NCBI GenBank assembly: GCA_965218785.1
Contig: OZ244650.1
Coordinates: forward strand, 1,440,001 to 1,504,000
Length of the DNA: 64,000 nucleotides
Origin: Nitrosopumilus sp.
Lineage (GTDB): Archaea; Thermoproteota; Nitrososphaeria; Nitrososphaerales; Nitrosopumilaceae
Reading direction: 5' to 3'
The position numbers and the translations under genes are program-made. Position 1 is the first letter of the stretch; every line of letters starts with the position of its first letter. The notes below the pieces were generated by a model that searched no databases, was not told the DNA's origin, and saw only the letters and a program-made list of their open reading frames with translations. Positions 49,720-60,789 of the stretch are shown here, piece after piece.

Positions 49720-50832
49720 TACAGAGACAGAATTATAAAAGTTATCCCGCTCTTCTACCTGATAGCCAATCTGATGAATGGCATCAATGATCATCTTGTC
49801 TGTAAGTTCTGTGGAACGCGCACCGGTACATGAGACTACCTCCTCTCCGATCAGCGTGCCACCAAAGTCATCGGCGCCGTATTGCAAGGCAAGCTGTGCC
49901 ATGCCAACACCGTTAGTCAGCCACGAGGATTGGATGTGTGGAATCAGTCCGTCAAGGACCAGTCTGGATATTGCAATCATCTTCAATAGTTGAATTCCAC
50001 CGGTACCGTATTTGACGATGCCCTCTTCATGCATCAGTGTGTTGTTTGGCTCAAAATTCCACGGAATAAATGCCATGAATCCCTTTGTCTTTTCCTGCAG
50101 TCTTGTAATTTTAGAAAAATGCTCAACAATGTCGTTTTTGCTTTCAACATGGCCATACATCATGGTTGCAGACCCCGGAATGCCAAGGGAGTGTGCCTCA
50201 TCCATGATTCTAATCCAGTCATCACTGGAGATCTTTTTTGGACTGATGATGCCCTTGACAGAGTCAGTCAGGATTTCAGCTCCCGCTCCGGGAATTGACT
50301 GCAGTCCGGCATCCTTTAATCTGGATAAAATTTCCCGAGTTGATGATTTTTCAACTTTTGCAATCATGTCAATCTCAGATGTGGATAATCCGTGAACGCC
50401 GACTGTTGGAAACTTTTCTCGGATCATTTTAAAGGCATCCTCATAGTACTCGATTTTCAAATTGGGGTTGTGACCGCCCTGGATCAGAACCTGGCGGATC
50501 TTAAACATGTCATAGGATGTTTTGACCCTGGTCTCAATTTGATCAAGAGTCAGGGTGTACGAATCATCAGCGCCAGGTGCCCTATAAAATGCGCAGAATT
50601 TACAGTCAGTAATGCAGACGTTGGTATAGTTTAGGATGATATTGTTTACAAAAGACGCCTTTTTGCCAAACTGTCTTCTAGTCAGATGACCCGCTGCAAG
50701 ACCCATCAGATGGACGTCATCAGATTCAAGCAATCTCAGGATATCCCCAGAGCTTGGTCTTTGACTGTTAAGGGAGTTTTCTAAGATATCCCGGATGTTG
50801 CTTTTTTGCAGCTGTTTTGTGACTTGGCTCAA
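49714..50832 (-). CDS. mqnC: radical SAM cyclic dehypoxanthine futalosine synthase (CofH/MqnC family)
   Basis: NYTNVCITDCKFCAFY, QGGHNP, PGAGAEIL, GADDFGGT. Confidence 0.82.
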   Translation of the reverse strand: MSQVTKQLQKSNIRDILENSLNSQRPSSGDILRLLESDDVHLMGLAAGHLTRRQFGKKASFVNNIILNYTNVCITDCKFCAFYRAPGADDSYTLTLDQIETRVKTSYDMFKIRQVLIQGGHNPNLKIEYYEDAFKMIREKFPTVGVHGLSTSEIDMIAKVEKSSTREILSRLKDAGLQSIPGAGAEILTDSVKGIISPKKISSDDWIRIMDEAHSLGIPGSATMMYGHVESKNDIVEHFSKITRLQEKTKGFMAFIPWNFEPNNTLMHEEGIVKYGTGGIQLLKMIAISRLVLDGLIPHIQSSWLTNGVGMAQLALQYGADDFGGTLIGEEVVSCTGARSTELTDKMIIDAIHQIGYQVEERDNFYNSVSVL

Positions 50833-51360
50833 CTGTTCTTATCCTTTTTAATTTCTATTTAATCTTTGATAGAAAAAACGGACAAAAAAGAATCCAGATA
50901 GATCAGTGATTCGTGCTCAATTTTGACTGGAGAGGATGTCAGCACGTTATTTTTGATGATGTATTATGCCGCTTTATCTTTAGATTGATTCAGAGACAGG
51001 AAATTATGAGGGATTTATCTAAAACAACATTATGAGAAATTAAAACCAGACATGTGTCAGCCGGATGGAAATCGTCATCATTGGGATTAGAGAATTCCCA
51101 AAAATCAGAGTAAAAACAGGAAGCAGGACTGCACAGTTGCAGAGAACTGTTTCCCTAAAGTCACACAATAGTGAATTCATTACATATTATGACAGTATGC
51201 TATTATATCTTCTGATTATTGGAATCAGATGTCTTGTGACATAGTTAAAAGACAAAGTTCACGAACTAAAGATTATTCAAAAATAAGATTAGATGATTTT
51301 ACTAAGATAAATACGAATAATCAATGGAATGTCTTGAAAATAACTCACGAACTTTGATTG

Positions 51361-51403
51361 TTACTATAGTAAAGTATAATATTTGATTTTACTATAGTAA
51401 AGT
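51361..51403. promoter_or_regulatory. tandem palindromic operator TTACTATAGTAA x2
   Basis: 17-bp direct repeat TTACTATAGTAAAGTAT at 51361 and 51389, each containing a 12-bp palindrome; the second copy runs into the ATG at 51404. Confidence 0.7.
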
Positions 51404-52147
51404 ATGTTAATACGGGCTAAAACAGCATTATTTACACTTGAAGGCTCCGATCATTGGATCATAGATACAAGCAAAAAGTTGGCAAAGCCTGTGTCACTAC
51501 AAGGTTTTTTGTATTTAAAAAGCGGGAATGTTTCTGCCAGATCCTTTTTTGGAAATGTAAAGAACGTTAGAGAGGTAACAGAGTATGTAAAAGCAATAAA
51601 ACACTGTAGAGTTGACGTTATTGCGAAAAATCCAGAGGGAGTAATTGCAGCTGTCAAATTTAAAGTGTTTCCATTAGATAAGGCAGTTAAAGTAATTCAA
51701 GAAAAAACTTATTCTAAATTATGGATAAAAAGCAATCCAGATGATCTTGTTAATGTGTATGTTCAATCACCATGGTCAATCAATGTTGATGAGATAACAC
51801 AGATATTCAAAAAATTTGACCTGCAATTAAAATGCAAGCCCCGCATAATATCATCAGATATGGAGGTTGCCCCACTAGTAGACGATGTAGAATCAAAATT
51901 TGATGAAACAGATAAAAAAATTGCAAAGACATTATTAATTGAAGGGTATTATTCATCACCAAGACCAAAAGGAATTAATCAAGAAAAGTTGGCGGCAAAA
52001 ATTGGAATTTCCAAACCCACTCTTGAGAAACGTTTGGCAAGAATTGAGTCCGTGGGGATACAGAATCTATTTGGAATCAGGTCATTCACTAAAAGTGAAA
52101 AGGATGCAAGTTTGAGAATATTCAAGAAAAAATTAAAAAGAAAATAA
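51404..52147 (+). CDS. transcriptional regulator with C-terminal Bat-type (HTH_10) domain
   Basis: EGYYSSPR...EKLAAKIGISKPTLEKRLARIE. Confidence 0.8.
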   Translation: MLIRAKTALFTLEGSDHWIIDTSKKLAKPVSLQGFLYLKSGNVSARSFFGNVKNVREVTEYVKAIKHCRVDVIAKNPEGVIAAVKFKVFPLDKAVKVIQEKTYSKLWIKSNPDDLVNVYVQSPWSINVDEITQIFKKFDLQLKCKPRIISSDMEVAPLVDDVESKFDETDKKIAKTLLIEGYYSSPRPKGINQEKLAAKIGISKPTLEKRLARIESVGIQNLFGIRSFTKSEKDASLRIFKKKLKRK

Positions 52148-52440
52148 CAATCAGGAATTTGATTTTTTGTAATCAAATCCCAACATGCCAAAATGATACA
52201 ATAGTGTTTATACGTAATCGATCCGGACTAACATATCACAAATGTATGAGCAGACATAGAATACATTCTTAGGATTATGATTTGAAAAACTTCCCGTGTG
52301 TTAATTTCGTTGATGTAAGAGAATACCCCCTCACGCTAGTTCGGATATCTGATCCTTGATTCCCAGCCCATCTTCTGCCAGCTCAGCAGACACATCATAT
52401 GTACCAAACATTCCATTCCTCCAATAGTAACAGATCTTAA

Positions 52441-52472
52441 CATATCATATCATATCATATCATATCATATCA
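52441..52472. repeat. (CATAT)6 microsatellite
   Basis: Seen directly, about 60 bp upstream of the aro operon. Confidence 0.9.
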
Positions 52473-52533
52473 AAGTATAAGATGCGCCTCAAACACGTTA
52501 TTTTTAAGTAGGGCACAAAACAGAGATCAACGC

Positions 52534-53316
52534 ATGGTATCAGGAAATCAGATCAGACTCAATCGAATTCTTAAAAAAGGAAAAATGCTTTGCATTCCAA
52601 TGGATCACGGCATCTCAAACGGGCCCATTAAAGGTCTTGAAAATCCCGCAGACGTAATTTACAGATGCGAAGGACGCGGCCTTACCAGCGTAATTATCAA
52701 CAAGGGGATTCTCAAGGCATTATCCAGGCCAACCAGAGCCGGTATTTTGGTTCATTTTTCAAGCAGTACATCATTATCATTATCACCTAATCGCAAGATG
52801 CTAACTGGGACGGTAAAGGAGGCCGCTGCAATGGGGGCAGACGGTGTCTCACTGCACATCAATATCGGAGGCAAGGAAGAACCAGAGATGCTCGAACAGC
52901 TCGGAATGACTGCAGACCAGTGCCACAAATGGGGAATGCCCCTTCTGGCAATGATGTATCCAAGAGGCGAGAACATAAAGGATCCCCATGATCCGGAGAT
53001 TGTCGGACATGTCGCAAGAATCGGGGCAGAGTGCGGTGCTGACATTGTTAAAACACTGTACACGGGTGACGTGGATTCCTTTGCAAAAATTGTAAAGAGC
53101 ACGCCGGTTCCAATCGTCATTGCCGGAGGACCCAAGGCAAAAACAGATCTGGACATTCTTCAGATGACACAAGATGCCATGACTGCGGGAGCCAAAGGTG
53201 TCACATATGGCAGAAACATCTTTGCACACAAAAATCCTGAAAAAATGGTGGAGGCATTAGCTGAAATAATTTTCAGAAACAAAACTGCAGGGGAAGCATT
53301 GAAGAAAATTGAATAG
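52534..53316 (+). CDS. 2-amino-3,7-dideoxy-D-threo-hept-6-ulosonate synthase (class I aldolase)
   Basis: PMDHG, MYPRG, GADIVKT.Y, AGGPK, GRNIF; first gene of the aro cluster. Confidence 0.88.
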   Translation: MVSGNQIRLNRILKKGKMLCIPMDHGISNGPIKGLENPADVIYRCEGRGLTSVIINKGILKALSRPTRAGILVHFSSSTSLSLSPNRKMLTGTVKEAAAMGADGVSLHINIGGKEEPEMLEQLGMTADQCHKWGMPLLAMMYPRGENIKDPHDPEIVGHVARIGAECGADIVKTLYTGDVDSFAKIVKSTPVPIVIAGGPKAKTDLDILQMTQDAMTAGAKGVTYGRNIFAHKNPEKMVEALAEIIFRNKTAGEALKKIE

Positions 53317-54373
53317 TAGGACAAGAGAGCTGATAATCACACCCAAGGTGTCCCAGACACAGCTGGCAGGATTTCTCCCCCAGCTAGAAAAAGAGGGAAT
53401 CAAAATGGTATACCTTGATCCTAAAAAAATAGGCAGAAAAAAAACAAAACTAGAGACGGTCTTTCCTTCTAGTGCCGCAGAATATATCGTACTTGAAAAG
53501 GAGGGCGCATCAAGACCCAAGAAAAGAAAAATCGGAAGGAGGTTCCAGGTATTGTCAAACTCGGATATTGAAGATGTTCTTTCTGCAGCCAAAAAGGGAC
53601 TGGACTTTGTCATAGTGGAGGTAAAAGACTGGAAGATCATCCCCTTGGAGAACATTATTGCCAAACTTCACAAAATCCACACCAAAATTTTCGCAATTGC
53701 AAAAACCCCAGAGGAGGTAAGAAAAATGTTTTCGATTCTAGAAGTCGGGGTAGACGGGGTGATATTTGGCACATCATCAATCAGCGAGGTAAGGGAGGCA
53801 ATGGTGTACCTGGGCACCAAAAATTTTGAGATGAAACCAGCAAAAATCATCGACATAAAGGAGGTAGGCGATGGCGAGCGCGTCTGCGTTGATACGGCCT
53901 CGATGCTTCACATGGGGGAGGGAATGCTGATTGGAAGCAGATCAAACTTTCTGTTTCTAGTCCATAATGAATCAGTGGGATCATCATTTACATCCCCAAG
54001 ACCGTTTAGGGTAAACGCAGGCGCCGTTCATTGTTATACACTCTCACCGGATGGCACTACCAGTTATCTCTCGGAGATCGAGACGGGATCTGAAATACTG
54101 ATTCTCAGTTCCAAGGGAATGGCAAGAAGGGCAACTGTCGGAAGATCAAAGATAGAAAGAAGACCAATGCTGATGATCAAGGCATCTGCAGGAGGGGAGA
54201 CTGGGGGGATAATCGCACAGGATGCAGAGACGATTCGTTTTGTAAGACCAAACGGGAAGCTAGTATCAGTCACCCACCTGAAAAAGGGGGACACTGTAAT
54301 GGTCCACGCAAAGCCTGCCGCCGGAAGACATTTCGGAATGGAAGTCTCAGACGAATACATACTGGAAAAATGA
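53309..54373 (+). CDS. 3-dehydroquinate synthase II
   Basis: WKIIPLEN, RVCVDT, RPFRVNAGAVH, GRHFG. Confidence 0.92.
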   Translation: MNSRTRELIITPKVSQTQLAGFLPQLEKEGIKMVYLDPKKIGRKKTKLETVFPSSAAEYIVLEKEGASRPKKRKIGRRFQVLSNSDIEDVLSAAKKGLDFVIVEVKDWKIIPLENIIAKLHKIHTKIFAIAKTPEEVRKMFSILEVGVDGVIFGTSSISEVREAMVYLGTKNFEMKPAKIIDIKEVGDGERVCVDTASMLHMGEGMLIGSRSNFLFLVHNESVGSSFTSPRPFRVNAGAVHCYTLSPDGTTSYLSEIETGSEILILSSKGMARRATVGRSKIERRPMLMIKASAGGETGGIIAQDAETIRFVRPNGKLVSVTHLKKGDTVMVHAKPAAGRHFGMEVSDEYILEK

Positions 54374-55041
54374 AATACAAAACTTGCGTATCCATTGCAG
54401 AAAAGACGCCGGCAGGAATAAAAAGAACACTCAAGATCGCGTTAAAAAAGTCAGAATACGCCGAAGTCAGATTTGATTTTTGCAAGACAGAGCACGTTCC
54501 AGAGGCGTTGGAACTGATAAAAAAGGATCTAAGCAGGATTGTATGCACGCTAAGACCAAAAACAGAAGGAGGTAAATTTCAAGGAACCGAAAAGGAACGA
54601 ATTGCAATTCTAAAACTGATTGCAGAGTACAACCCGTTCCTGCTGGACGTGGAATTTAACACGCTAAAAAAGGACGCGGCATTAAGAAGATACCTAAAAT
54701 CAACAAATACCAAGCTGCTGGTATCATGGCATGACTTTAAAAAAACGCCAGACTCTGCGGAACTCAGAAAAAAAGTGAGTCAGATGGGCAGATTCTCATC
54801 AAATGTAAAGATCGTCAGTACCGCAAAAACGGCAGATGATTCAAACCGAATGCTGCAGCTGTACAGCAGAAAAGGGTCGAAGAATCTGATATCGTTTGCA
54901 ATGGGAGAACAGGGCAGAATTTCAAGAATTCTGTGTCTGTATCTTGGCAGCCCATACACCTATGTCTCGCTGGGAAAGGCAGTTGCACCAGGCCAATTCA
55001 GTGTTGATCAGGTAAAAAAGATCACAAATCTGAGAAGATAA
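54370..55041 (+). CDS. aroD: type I 3-dehydroquinate dehydratase
   Basis: EVRFD, TLRP..EGG, SWHDF..TP, AMGE.GRISR, APGQ. Confidence 0.92.
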   Translation: MKYKTCVSIAEKTPAGIKRTLKIALKKSEYAEVRFDFCKTEHVPEALELIKKDLSRIVCTLRPKTEGGKFQGTEKERIAILKLIAEYNPFLLDVEFNTLKKDAALRRYLKSTNTKLLVSWHDFKKTPDSAELRKKVSQMGRFSSNVKIVSTAKTADDSNRMLQLYSRKGSKNLISFAMGEQGRISRILCLYLGSPYTYVSLGKAVAPGQFSVDQVKKITNLRR

Positions 55042-55080
55042 ACAGTCGAGAGTTTAAATCAATCATATAACTCAGAAAGA

Positions 55081-55905
55081 ATGATGGGAAAGACATTTGC
55101 AGTAATAGGAGATCCGATTGATCATTCACTGTCTCCCCACATCCATAGTTCGGCATTCAGGGAGCTGGGCCTGGACTGTTCATACATTGGATATAAAATT
55201 CCAAGGGGGGAACTAAAGGATGGGATTGAAGGATTAAAAAAGATCAATATTGACGGATTCAACATAACAGTACCCCACAAAATTGAAATGATGAAATATC
55301 TTGACAAGACTGACGAATCATGCAGTCTGATCGGTGCAGTCAACACCGTTGTGAATATCAAGGGAGTCCTAAAGGGATACAATACGGACATGGACGGCTT
55401 TTTAGAACCAATTAAGAAGAGGGAGCTGATCATCAGGGATTCCAGGGTTCTCCTGCTTGGCGCGGGGGGAGCTGCAAGGGCGATAGCCGCAGGGCTGGCA
55501 AAAGAAAAGGCAAAAAGCGTCACTATTGCAAACAGGACGCTAAAAAACGCAGACAATCTTGCAGAATTTGCAAAAAAGATCGGATTGGACTGCAGCACCA
55601 TGAAGATCGAGGATGTCAGGTGTCAGACAGGTGATTATGACGTTATTATCAACGCAACATCAGTAGGACTAAAGAATGAACCAAGCCCGATCTCCCTGGA
55701 GGGAATCGATGGCAAGACCATCATATATGATATAGTATACAGACCGATGAATACTGATTTTATCAAACAGGCAAAAGACCGCGGGGCGACGATTGTTTTC
55801 GGTTATGAGATGCTTTTAGGCCAGGCAGCCAGGGCATTTGAGATCTGGCATGACATGAAAGCACCATACAACGTAATGAAAAAAGCATTGCTGGGGGGGT
55901 TTTGA
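55081..55905 (+). CDS. aroE: shikimate dehydrogenase
   Basis: HSLSP, NITVPHK, GAVNT, NTD, GAGGAA. Confidence 0.95.
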   Translation: MMGKTFAVIGDPIDHSLSPHIHSSAFRELGLDCSYIGYKIPRGELKDGIEGLKKINIDGFNITVPHKIEMMKYLDKTDESCSLIGAVNTVVNIKGVLKGYNTDMDGFLEPIKKRELIIRDSRVLLLGAGGAARAIAAGLAKEKAKSVTIANRTLKNADNLAEFAKKIGLDCSTMKIEDVRCQTGDYDVIINATSVGLKNEPSPISLEGIDGKTIIYDIVYRPMNTDFIKQAKDRGATIVFGYEMLLGQAARAFEIWHDMKAPYNVMKKALLGGF

Positions 55906-56759
55906 TGGCAGGTGCCAAGGCCACAGTGCATGGTGCCGTTTCCATTGTAAATGCGATCGCAAATCAAAAAGGCGCCACGCTTGGAATCTCGTTAAAAGTG
56001 GAGGCAGTAGTTGAGACGGCTGTAGGAAATGGAATCGTACTTGAGTCCGGAAACAAAAGCTACAGTCCGCGCCTAATCAACAAGACCGTAGAAAAGATTG
56101 TTTCAAAAAAAGACTTGGAGCAAAACAGGATAGCAGTTACGCTTGACTCGGAGATTCCAACCGGGTTCGGACTCAAAAGTTCGAGTGCGATTTCATCGGC
56201 AGTGGCACTGGCATGTGCAAAGATATTCAAACCAAGACTCACTGATCAGCAGATTTTAGTTGCCGGAGTTGACGCATCAATTGAATCAAGGGTGAGCATT
56301 ACGGGGGCGTATGATGATGCATGTTCATGTTATTACGGGGGATTTAATGTGACAGATAACGCAAAAAGGGAGAGAGTCCACTTTGAAAAGGGTCCGGCTA
56401 ATTTAATTGCGGTAATATTTATCCCCAAGAACAGAAAAAGAGGCAATCCAAAGAAACTCAAAATTCTTTCATCCATATTTGAAAACGCATGGGAGATGGC
56501 AAGACATGCAATCTATTGGGAGGCAATGAACATCAACGGGTTGGCCACTGCATCCATTCTAAATTCGGATCCCAGTATAATTACAAGCCTGATTGACAAA
56601 GGCGCACTTGGAGCATCAGTCTCCGGAAACGGACCGGCAGTTGCGGCAATAACTAAAAAAGAGAACGAACCAGACATCAGAAAAATCTTCTCACAGCTGG
56701 AGGGAAACATTATTGTTTCCAAAGTGAGTAACAAAAAGGCAGAAGTTCATGAACTGTAA
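55905..56759 (+). CDS. aroK: archaeal (GHMP) shikimate kinase
   Basis: IPTGFGLKSSSA, TGAYDDA, SGNGP. Confidence 0.92.
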   Translation: MAGAKATVHGAVSIVNAIANQKGATLGISLKVEAVVETAVGNGIVLESGNKSYSPRLINKTVEKIVSKKDLEQNRIAVTLDSEIPTGFGLKSSSAISSAVALACAKIFKPRLTDQQILVAGVDASIESRVSITGAYDDACSCYYGGFNVTDNAKRERVHFEKGPANLIAVIFIPKNRKRGNPKKLKILSSIFENAWEMARHAIYWEAMNINGLATASILNSDPSIITSLIDKGALGASVSGNGPAVAAITKKENEPDIRKIFSQLEGNIIVSKVSNKKAEVHEL

Positions 56760-58017
56760 TGTTGAAAAATCAAAAATTTCCGGACAGATAGTCTGCCCTC
56801 CAAACAAGAGTTATACGCACAGGGCGATCTTTCTCGCATCGCTTGCAGGAAACGGCAGCCGGGTCGAGAATGTCTTGTTCTCAGCTGATACCATGGCAAC
56901 AATTGAGGCTTGCAGGAAGTTTGGCGCCAGGATAAATATCGAAGATTCGTCAATACTCATCAAAGAGCCCATAAAAATAGGCACAAACGTGCCTGAAATT
57001 AACACAGAGAACTCTGGAACGACGATCAGAATCGCATCAGGAATTGCAGCCCTGTTCTCTGAGGAGATCTCCCTGACTGGTGATAAAAGCCTGCAAACAA
57101 GACCGATGCAGCCACTCCTGGATGCATTATCAAGCATGGGCGCACAGTGCAGTTCCTCAGACGGGAATCCGCCAATTAAGATCAAGGGAAGAATTTCAGG
57201 AGGCAACGTAACGATTCCAGGTGATTCTTCCAGTCAGTTTGTTTCTGCATTGCTAATTTGTGCACCGCTAACAGAAAAGGGAATCAACATAACCATACAG
57301 AAAAATCTAGTGTCAAAACCGTATCTTGATGCAACGATTGCAACAATGAGGGAGTTTGGAGTCTCCGTGCAGACGTTAATCCCATACAAAAAGTACGACG
57401 TACAACCACAACTCTACAAAAACGCCGCATTTACGGTTCCGATTGATTTTTCAAGTCTGGCACTTTTGTTTTCAGCCGCGGTACTCAACGGCCAAGACGT
57501 CATCATCAAGGGGGACATCGGAAACCTGCCACAGGGTGACGAGGTTTTTATCGATATTTTAGAGCAGATGGGAGTAAGCGTCAGTGTCGGCAAGGAAGAG
57601 ATCAGAGTCAGACCGCCTGAGAAATTAAAAGGCGGCAGATTTGATTTGAACAATTCACCGGACCTGCTTCCGCCTCTTGCAATTCTGGCACTAAATACAT
57701 CAGAGCCCATCGAAATAGTCAACGTAGGACATGCAAGACTAAAAGAGACAGACAGGATTGCAATCACGGCCCGAGAGATTGTAAAACTGGGGATCAAAGT
57801 CAGGGAGAGAGACGACGGGTTGGTTTTGGAACCATCCGGGAATCTAAAGGGGGCAGAACTAGACTCTAAAAATGATCACAGACTGTTCATGGCATTTTGC
57901 ATAGCCGGCATGTATGTGGGGGACTGCACCGTAACTGACCCCGAATCAGTCAAAGTCTCGTATCCGAATTTTATCAAGGAGATGAACAGACTCGGAGCTA
58001 AAATTCAAATCAGCTAG
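56749..58017 (+). CDS. aroA: EPSP synthase
   Basis: KSYTHRA, NSGTT, SSQF, RLKETDRI, DHR. Confidence 0.95.
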   Translation: MNCNVEKSKISGQIVCPPNKSYTHRAIFLASLAGNGSRVENVLFSADTMATIEACRKFGARINIEDSSILIKEPIKIGTNVPEINTENSGTTIRIASGIAALFSEEISLTGDKSLQTRPMQPLLDALSSMGAQCSSSDGNPPIKIKGRISGGNVTIPGDSSSQFVSALLICAPLTEKGINITIQKNLVSKPYLDATIATMREFGVSVQTLIPYKKYDVQPQLYKNAAFTVPIDFSSLALLFSAAVLNGQDVIIKGDIGNLPQGDEVFIDILEQMGVSVSVGKEEIRVRPPEKLKGGRFDLNNSPDLLPPLAILALNTSEPIEIVNVGHARLKETDRIAITAREIVKLGIKVRERDDGLVLEPSGNLKGAELDSKNDHRLFMAFCIAGMYVGDCTVTDPESVKVSYPNFIKEMNRLGAKIQIS

Positions 58018-58320
58018 TCATCTTAAAAGATCTAGTTGGGGGAGGTTAACGACCCTGTAAGGGTGAAAAGCATTCTCCACACCCTTTTGCACAGATAACA
58101 TGAACCTTTCACAGGACCGCACAGATTATGTGTTAAAACTTGTAGGTTTTACCACATTACATATACATCATCATAATATTTAAGAATATATTGTAATTAT
58201 TTCATATAATTTATGAAAATTTTATAATTTTTATCTGTTCGTGATATCTGTATAAAACAGGACGAGTACCTTTCAAAAATAGAATGAGGAATTATAAGCA
58301 TCGTTTAGCTTGGATATTGT

Positions 58321-59416
58321 GTTGCCTGGAAGTTCGATTGGTCAGCGTCTTGTCTTGACAAGTTTTGGTGAAAGTCATGGAAGAGCCATCGGCGCAGTTT
58401 TAGATGGATGTCCTGCAGGACTAGATATTGATGAAAAAGACATTCAAAAGATGCTAGACCAACGAAGACCAGGACAGAATCTCATCTCAACTCAGAGAAA
58501 AGAAGGCGACGTGGTAGAGATTGTATCGGGGGTTTTTAGGGGACAGACGACTGGTGCGCCAATTACAATGATAATCTGGAACAGCAATCAAAAATCAAAG
58601 GATTATGACAATCTGAAGACAAAGCTGAGACCTGGACACTCGGATTATACTGCCATGATCAAATACAATCATTACAATGATTACCGTGGAGGCGGAAGAT
58701 TCTCAGGCAGGTTAACTGCAACGCATGTCATGGGAGGAGCTATTGCAAGAAAATTACTCAAGACGGTATTGGGAGTTGAAACAAACTCATACACGTCACA
58801 GATTGGAGCAATAAGAATGGAAAAAAAATTTAATGATAAAATGATAGGTTCAATTTATAAAAACGAGGTAAGATGTCCTGAAAACAAGACCGCAGAGATG
58901 ATGAGGACAGGCATCCTAAATGCAAGAAAGATGGGGGATTCTCTTGGAGGAATAATCGAATCAGTCACAACAAAAGTTCCGGTAGGATTAGGCGAGCCGG
59001 TATTTGGTTCACTAGAGTCAGATCTGAGCAAGGCAATCTTTTCAATTCCGTCTGTAAAAGGCGTGGAGTTTGGTTCTGGATTCAGAGGCTCAGAACTGTA
59101 CGGTTCTGAAAATAACGACCTGTATACGATCAAAAAGGGAAAGATAGTTACAAGAACAAACAACTCTGGAGGAATTTTGGGGGGCATCTCAAATGGAATG
59201 CCAATTACCATCAGAATCGCATTCAAGCCGGCATCATCGATTGCCCAGAAACAAAGTACAGTGGATATTAAGACTAAAAAAGAAACAACCATTCAAGTCA
59301 AAGGCAGGCATGACCCATGCGTTGTGCCTAGGGCGCCTCCCGTGGTGGACTCACTCGTGGCCCTGACTCTCGCAGATCATGCACTTCTTGCAGGGGCCAT
59401 CAAGCCTGTTTTGTAG
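58321..59416 (+). CDS. aroC: chorismate synthase
   Basis: FGESHG, RPGHSD, GGGRFSGR, GRHDPC; start uncertain (58310-58321 region). Confidence 0.93.
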
Positions 59417-59418
59417 TA

Positions 59419-60789
59419 ATGTCAGACATCAATGATCTTCGCAACAGGATGGACAAAGTCACCTTAGAGATGATAAGGCTCCTAAAAACCAGAACCGAGA
59501 TTGCAAAAGAGATAGGCGAGGTCAAAAAAAATATCGGAATGGGGGTAACGGATGTAACACGTGAGGAGAATCTGCGCGAAAAAGTCATCTTGCTGTGCAG
59601 GGAGATAGGACTCGATGAAACAATCGCAACGAAATATCTGAATTTTCTCTTAAACGAATCTATAAAAATTCAAACAGCAGGCAAGCAGACGCATCTCTCA
59701 ATTTTTCTAAAAGCAAAGTCACTTGAACAGCAAGGAAAGAAGATCATTCACATGGAGGTAGGCGAGCCGGATTTTCCACCGCCGGCCGTTGTAAAAAACG
59801 CATTGGAAGAAGTCTTTGAGAAGGGATTCATGAAATACGGCCAGGCAAGGGGGATGCCGGCATTCAGGGAGGCACTTGCAAAATACATCTCAGGTAAATT
59901 CGATGTCAATGTATCAGAGGACGGCATAATAGTCAGCCCCGGTGCAAGATTCTCGGTTTTTACGGCAATTACAACGCTTCTTAATGCAGGTGATGAGATG
60001 GTTGTGATAGAGCCTGCATGGCCGGCATACAAAGAATGTGCGTTACACTCTGGAATCAAAGTCAGAACCGTCAGCACGACTTTAGAAAACAGGTGGGAGC
60101 CATCAATGCAACAGATTGAAGATACAATCAATTCAAATACAAAAATGATCGTGTTAAACTATCCGAACAATCCAACAGGGAGGATTCTTCCACAAAAACT
60201 GCAAGACGGCATAGTGGAGATGGCCAGAAGCAACGATCTTTATGTGCTAAGTGATGAGATTTATTCACAGTACGCAAAGTCCGGCTGGAAAAGCGTTCTA
60301 AGATATAATTACGAAAAAAGCATAGTCATCCAGTCATTCTCAAAATCCCATGCCATGACAGGATTCAGAATAGGGTATGCGATAGCAGATCCGGGGATCA
60401 TTGAAAAAATGGCAAGATTGGAGGCATTGTGCCTTACAAATGTCTCCGAACCGATCCAGTATGTCGCAATGAGGGCTTTGGAGGCAGATATTTCGGGGAA
60501 TACTAATACAGTACGACACCGACTAGAGGTATTGACACAAAAAGCAGATGAGATGGGGCTGGACTTTGTGGCTCCAGACGGGGCAATGTACATTTTTGCA
60601 CGAGTCAACCAGGAGGGTTTTGACGGAGTCCAATTTGCAAATAGCATGCTTGAGAGGGGTCTGGCAGTAGCCCCAGGAGAAGGATTTGGAGATTACAGGA
60701 ACTTTATCAGGATTTCTGCGTGTCAGGATGAAAAAACACTAATTGAAGGGATGAATATATTGAGTAATATTATGAGGGGTAAACAATGA
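59419..60789 (+). CDS. chorismate mutase / class I aminotransferase fusion
   Basis: N-terminal AroQ-like helix bundle; GEPDF, PNNPTG, SDEIY, SFSKS.AMTGFRIG. Confidence 0.88.
   Translation: MSDINDLRNRMDKVTLEMIRLLKTRTEIAKEIGEVKKNIGMGVTDVTREENLREKVILLCREIGLDETIATKYLNFLLNESIKIQTAGKQTHLSIFLKAKSLEQQGKKIIHMEVGEPDFPPPAVVKNALEEVFEKGFMKYGQARGMPAFREALAKYISGKFDVNVSEDGIIVSPGARFSVFTAITTLLNAGDEMVVIEPAWPAYKECALHSGIKVRTVSTTLENRWEPSMQQIEDTINSNTKMIVLNYPNNPTGRILPQKLQDGIVEMARSNDLYVLSDEIYSQYAKSGWKSVLRYNYEKSIVIQSFSKSHAMTGFRIGYAIADPGIIEKMARLEALCLTNVSEPIQYVAMRALEADISGNTNTVRHRLEVLTQKADEMGLDFVAPDGAMYIFARVNQEGFDGVQFANSMLERGLAVAPGEGFGDYRNFIRISACQDEKTLIEGMNILSNIMRGKQ

Noticed and set aside
59419-60789. Chorismate mutase-aminotransferase fusion as a novelty
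   Set aside because: Lies in an ordinary aro operon and, as far as I recall, is usual in Nitrosopumilus-like genomes
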